From Acidimicrobiales bacterium (GTDB taxonomy: Bacteria > Actinomycetota > Acidimicrobiia > Acidimicrobiales > Bin134): a DNA stretch of 64,000 nucleotides. Each line of letters opens with the position of its first letter. The first letter of the stretch is position 1. Location of the stretch: positions 1,536,151 to 1,600,150 of the forward strand of contig OZ246892.1 in assembly GCA_965231915.1 (NCBI GenBank), in the 5' to 3' direction. Shown here piece by piece: positions 61,397 to 64,000 of this stretch. The position numbers were made by a program, and so were the translations under genes. The notes under the pieces were generated by a model, which was not told the origin of the DNA, made no database searches, and saw only the letters and a program-made list of their open reading frames with translations.

Positions 61397-62269
61397 CTAG
61401 AAGCGCCCGCTGCCGAAGCCTCTCATCAAGGGGCCTTGGGACTTTTGATGGAAGGTGTCGTTGATGCCGGAGCTCTCGAAGCCCATGGGCACCTGGCCCG
61501 TGGTGGCATACAGGTAGAGGGCCATCTGGAAGATGGCGGTGAGCGTGCTGATCACCACCGACACCAGGGCAATCCACACCACGCCGATGCCGATCCCGAC
61601 CACTGCGCCGACCCCACCTGCCGAGGCGCCAAGGGCGAAGATCAAGATGCCGGGGATGGCGGCCACAATGCCGATGATGCCGAAGCCCACCTGGGCGATC
61701 AGGTTCTCGCCCCACGTATTCCTCAGCAGCTCACCCGAGCGTCTCACCGAGCTGAACGGGCCGGTTTGCTCCACAACCAGGATGGGTACCACCAAAAAGG
61801 TGAGCACTCCCCAAGCCATGTTGAGGAGGCTGCCCACGATTCGGGCAAAGGCGTTGTCAGAACTCTGAATGGCCCGCAGGATCATTCCGACGGTCAGGGC
61901 CAGAATCGCCCAGGGCACGATCACGTGCAGCCGGGAAAAAGCCCCCTTGATCGCGCTGGAGATGGTGGGGTCTCCGCCGCTGAATCGCTCCCTGGCCCCC
62001 GATACCACCGCGGCATTGAAAAACACGGTGATGACGGTGATGGCAAACAAGATGATGATTCCGCCGATCCACAGCATGGGCTCGCTGCCGGTGCTGCTTC
62101 CACCATCGTCGATCCCGTCGGTTGACAGCCAGATGGGGATGCCGATCGCGGCGATAACCCCCAAAGAGGCAATCGCCCCCAAAATCGGCAAAACCGCCAA
62201 CTCTCGATCATGCTGCAGTACCGCCCAGGAAGCCTTGGCAGTGTCCATCGTTCGGCGAAATCGACCCAT
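61397..62269 (-). CDS. DUF6159-family integral membrane protein
   Basis: Starts MGRFRRTMDTAKASWAVLQHDRELAVLPILG and has several hydrophobic helices. Confidence 0.7.
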   Translation of the reverse strand: MGRFRRTMDTAKASWAVLQHDRELAVLPILGAIASLGVIAAIGIPIWLSTDGIDDGGSSTGSEPMLWIGGIIILFAITVITVFFNAAVVSGARERFSGGDPTISSAIKGAFSRLHVIVPWAILALTVGMILRAIQSSDNAFARIVGSLLNMAWGVLTFLVVPILVVEQTGPFSSVRRSGELLRNTWGENLIAQVGFGIIGIVAAIPGILIFALGASAGGVGAVVGIGIGVVWIALVSVVISTLTAIFQMALYLYATTGQVPMGFESSGINDTFHQKSQGPLMRGFGSGRF

Positions 62270-62321
62270 GGCGCAACGCTACCAGCGCATGCCTACATAT
62301 TCGCGTCGATGGGATAGGGGC

Positions 62322-63422
62322 CTATTGAACAGGCATCACCAGCGGAATTTCACAGGCCTGGTCTAGGTCGATCTCCACGGTTAGGTGGCCGTTGCCGTGG
62401 GGGCCGGCGCCCCAGGAGGGCATGACGGCGGAGTACAGACCGGTGCCGCCAGCCACCAGGATGAGCAAGGCATCGGGGCTGCTCAGCGCGGGTACAACCA
62501 AGTCCGGGTCTTCGCCCTGGCGGCGCTGGTGGCGGTTGATGCCCGAGCCTCGGGCCCGCACCGTGGACAGTTCTGACCAGGAGCGCTTGGCCCGCTCATG
62601 CATGGCCTCGGCAATGGTGGTGCGGTCGTGGCCCACGTCGGCTAGGGCGATGGCGTGGTCGGGGTTGAGCACCAGCACCTGGGTGCCACGGGCAAAGTGA
62701 GTGTTGTTGGCTCCCAGACCCGACAACGAGGCGGCCAGCACGTTCAGCAGGTGTTCGGCATACACTTCGGGATCGTCGTCGGGAAAGCACAGCACCGAGT
62801 GAGGCCCTTCGGTGCAGGCCACCGTTACCGTGCTCTGGTCGATGTCGTAGCCCAAAGATGTGTGCAGCGGGGGCCAGGGGCTGGCCTCCTCGTCTTCACC
62901 CAGGCAGAACGTGAACTTGCCGGGATGGCCGAGCAACGCCATGTCAGAAGTGCCAGGCCGCCCGCCGCCGATGTTGATCATGGCCAAGCGCACTGCCCGG
63001 CCTATTGAGGCGTTGGCCCGGTGGCCGGGGCCCAGCGCGCCGAACCCCGAAGCAATCCCGCAGGCATCCACTGCGGGACCGTTCACGATGAGCAGCGGTC
63101 CCAGGTTGTGGGTGGTGGCTTGCACCTCGGTCATGTCCATGCGAGGGTCGGACACCGCCCGCACTGCGGCCACTACTGCCGGGAAGTAATCGGGCAGACA
63201 GCCGGCCATCACCGAGGCGATAGCGGCCTTTTCCACGGTGGCCTCTCCCAGATTGGGTCCGAGCTGTCCTAGGGAAACGTCAGCGTCAAGTCCAGAGGCC
63301 AGCACCATCCGCTCTACCCGGGCGGTGGTGGGTATCACCACTGGCAGCCCGTCGGTGCAGCCCGCCTCGTGGAGCTGTTCGAGTGCGGCCTCTTCGGATA
63401 CGGCGGTGAGCTGGCGGGTCAT
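62322..63422 (-). CDS. conserved hypothetical protein, translationally coupled to the UGSC gene
   Basis: A 366-aa ORF with conserved-looking blocks (CTDGLPVVIPT, VEKAAIASVMAGCLPDYFP, GPGHRANASIGRAVRL, GHPGKFTFC). Its ATG overlaps the upstream stop (ATGA at 63419..63422). Confidence 0.7.
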   Translation of the reverse strand: MTRQLTAVSEEAALEQLHEAGCTDGLPVVIPTTARVERMVLASGLDADVSLGQLGPNLGEATVEKAAIASVMAGCLPDYFPAVVAAVRAVSDPRMDMTEVQATTHNLGPLLIVNGPAVDACGIASGFGALGPGHRANASIGRAVRLAMINIGGGRPGTSDMALLGHPGKFTFCLGEDEEASPWPPLHTSLGYDIDQSTVTVACTEGPHSVLCFPDDDPEVYAEHLLNVLAASLSGLGANNTHFARGTQVLVLNPDHAIALADVGHDRTTIAEAMHERAKRSWSELSTVRARGSGINRHQRRQGEDPDLVVPALSSPDALLILVAGGTGLYSAVMPSWGAGPHGNGHLTVEIDLDQACEIPLVMPVQ

Positions 63423-63964
63423 CCGGTGGCGCCCAGCGCCTGAAGCACCTCGTCAGCGATGTCGTCGGCCACCATCTTCATGGCCTTCTCGCCGGTGCCG
63501 GCCACCGGGTGGGGGAGCTTCACCCTGGGAATGTCGGGCATTCCCGCCGATCGGGACACAAAGTCGCCCTGGGGGGAGAACTTTGTGGTCACCAAGGCCA
63601 CCGCCGGGGTGTCGAGGCGGGCGGCCTTGATGGCGTCACGCACGGTGCCGCTGGTGCAGCTTCCTCAATGGCCGTATGCGGCCACTACCGCGTCGCACTC
63701 CTCGGTGATCTCACCCATGAGCTCGTCGTCGGCCACCATCGAGGCGTTGCCCTTGTTCCAGGCCCGAACTTCCACGTCGGGACGCACCCGGCGAAGACTC
63801 TCGCCCACCGCATCCATGAAAGGGACTGAGTCGGGAAATCCGTTGGCCAACAGCCCGATGGTGAGTGCTCCGTCTCTCGCAGAAAGCTCGTAGGGGGTAA
63901 CCGGCTCTCCTGGATCTGCCTGGGGGTCCAGATATTCGATCTCCATGCCTCTACGGTAGTGCAA
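63419..63964 (-). CDS. UGSC-family (seleno)protein with an in-frame TGA (Sec) at 63667..63665
   Basis: Track ORFs 63665..63964 and 63419..63643 are in the same frame. Read-through gives ...AVVAAYGH-U-GSCTSGTVRDAIKAARL..., about 181 aa in total. The start is uncertain: TTG 63964 or ATG 63946. Confidence 0.65.
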
Positions 63965-64000
63965 GTGCGTATGTGGAGAGCATGGGCTGTGATCGCGGTA

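Overview
High-GC, densely coding window that looks like an actinobacterial chromosome. All product calls come from reading the supplied translations and from motif memory; no searches were run. About 60 genes are called.

The backbone is catabolic and lipid-type metabolism:
- four luciferase-like (F420-type) oxidoreductases
- three amidohydrolase-2 paralogs and two D-aminoacylase paralogs
- two acyl-CoA dehydrogenases, four SDRs and two Zn-ADHs
- an acyl-CoA synthetase, a tandem-fused CoA-transferase, a TPP enzyme and a GMC oxidoreductase
- a cystathionine beta-synthase / gamma-lyase pair, and ppgK

Four visibly lower-GC accessory islets interrupt this backbone:
1. About 7.2-13.4 kb: relBE, a permease, a type II R-M pair, an IS3 relic and tRNA-Leu(UAA).
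2. About 35.1-38.2 kb: an Mrr-like nuclease, a decayed ATPase gene and phd-doc, wedged between the two D-aminoacylase paralogs.
3. About 43.6-46.0 kb: two small divergent genes plus a tightly coupled cassette of a TIGR04255-family protein and an HTH/DUF2384-like protein.
4. About 55.2-58.4 kb: an RHH antitoxin with an internally deleted vapC, a DUF5131 (Gp37/Gp68) protein with an HsdR-N-like nuclease domain protein, and hipBA.

Other notable items:
- an in-frame TGA at a U-G-S-C motif (predicted selenoprotein) at the right edge
- a 166-bp MITE-like element with perfect 21-bp terminal inverted repeats
- an unusual AT-rich 314-bp intergenic region with nested palindromes

No rRNA or CRISPR array was seen. 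The many long Arg/Gly/Pro/His-rich ORFs in the track are antisense artefacts of the high GC content.
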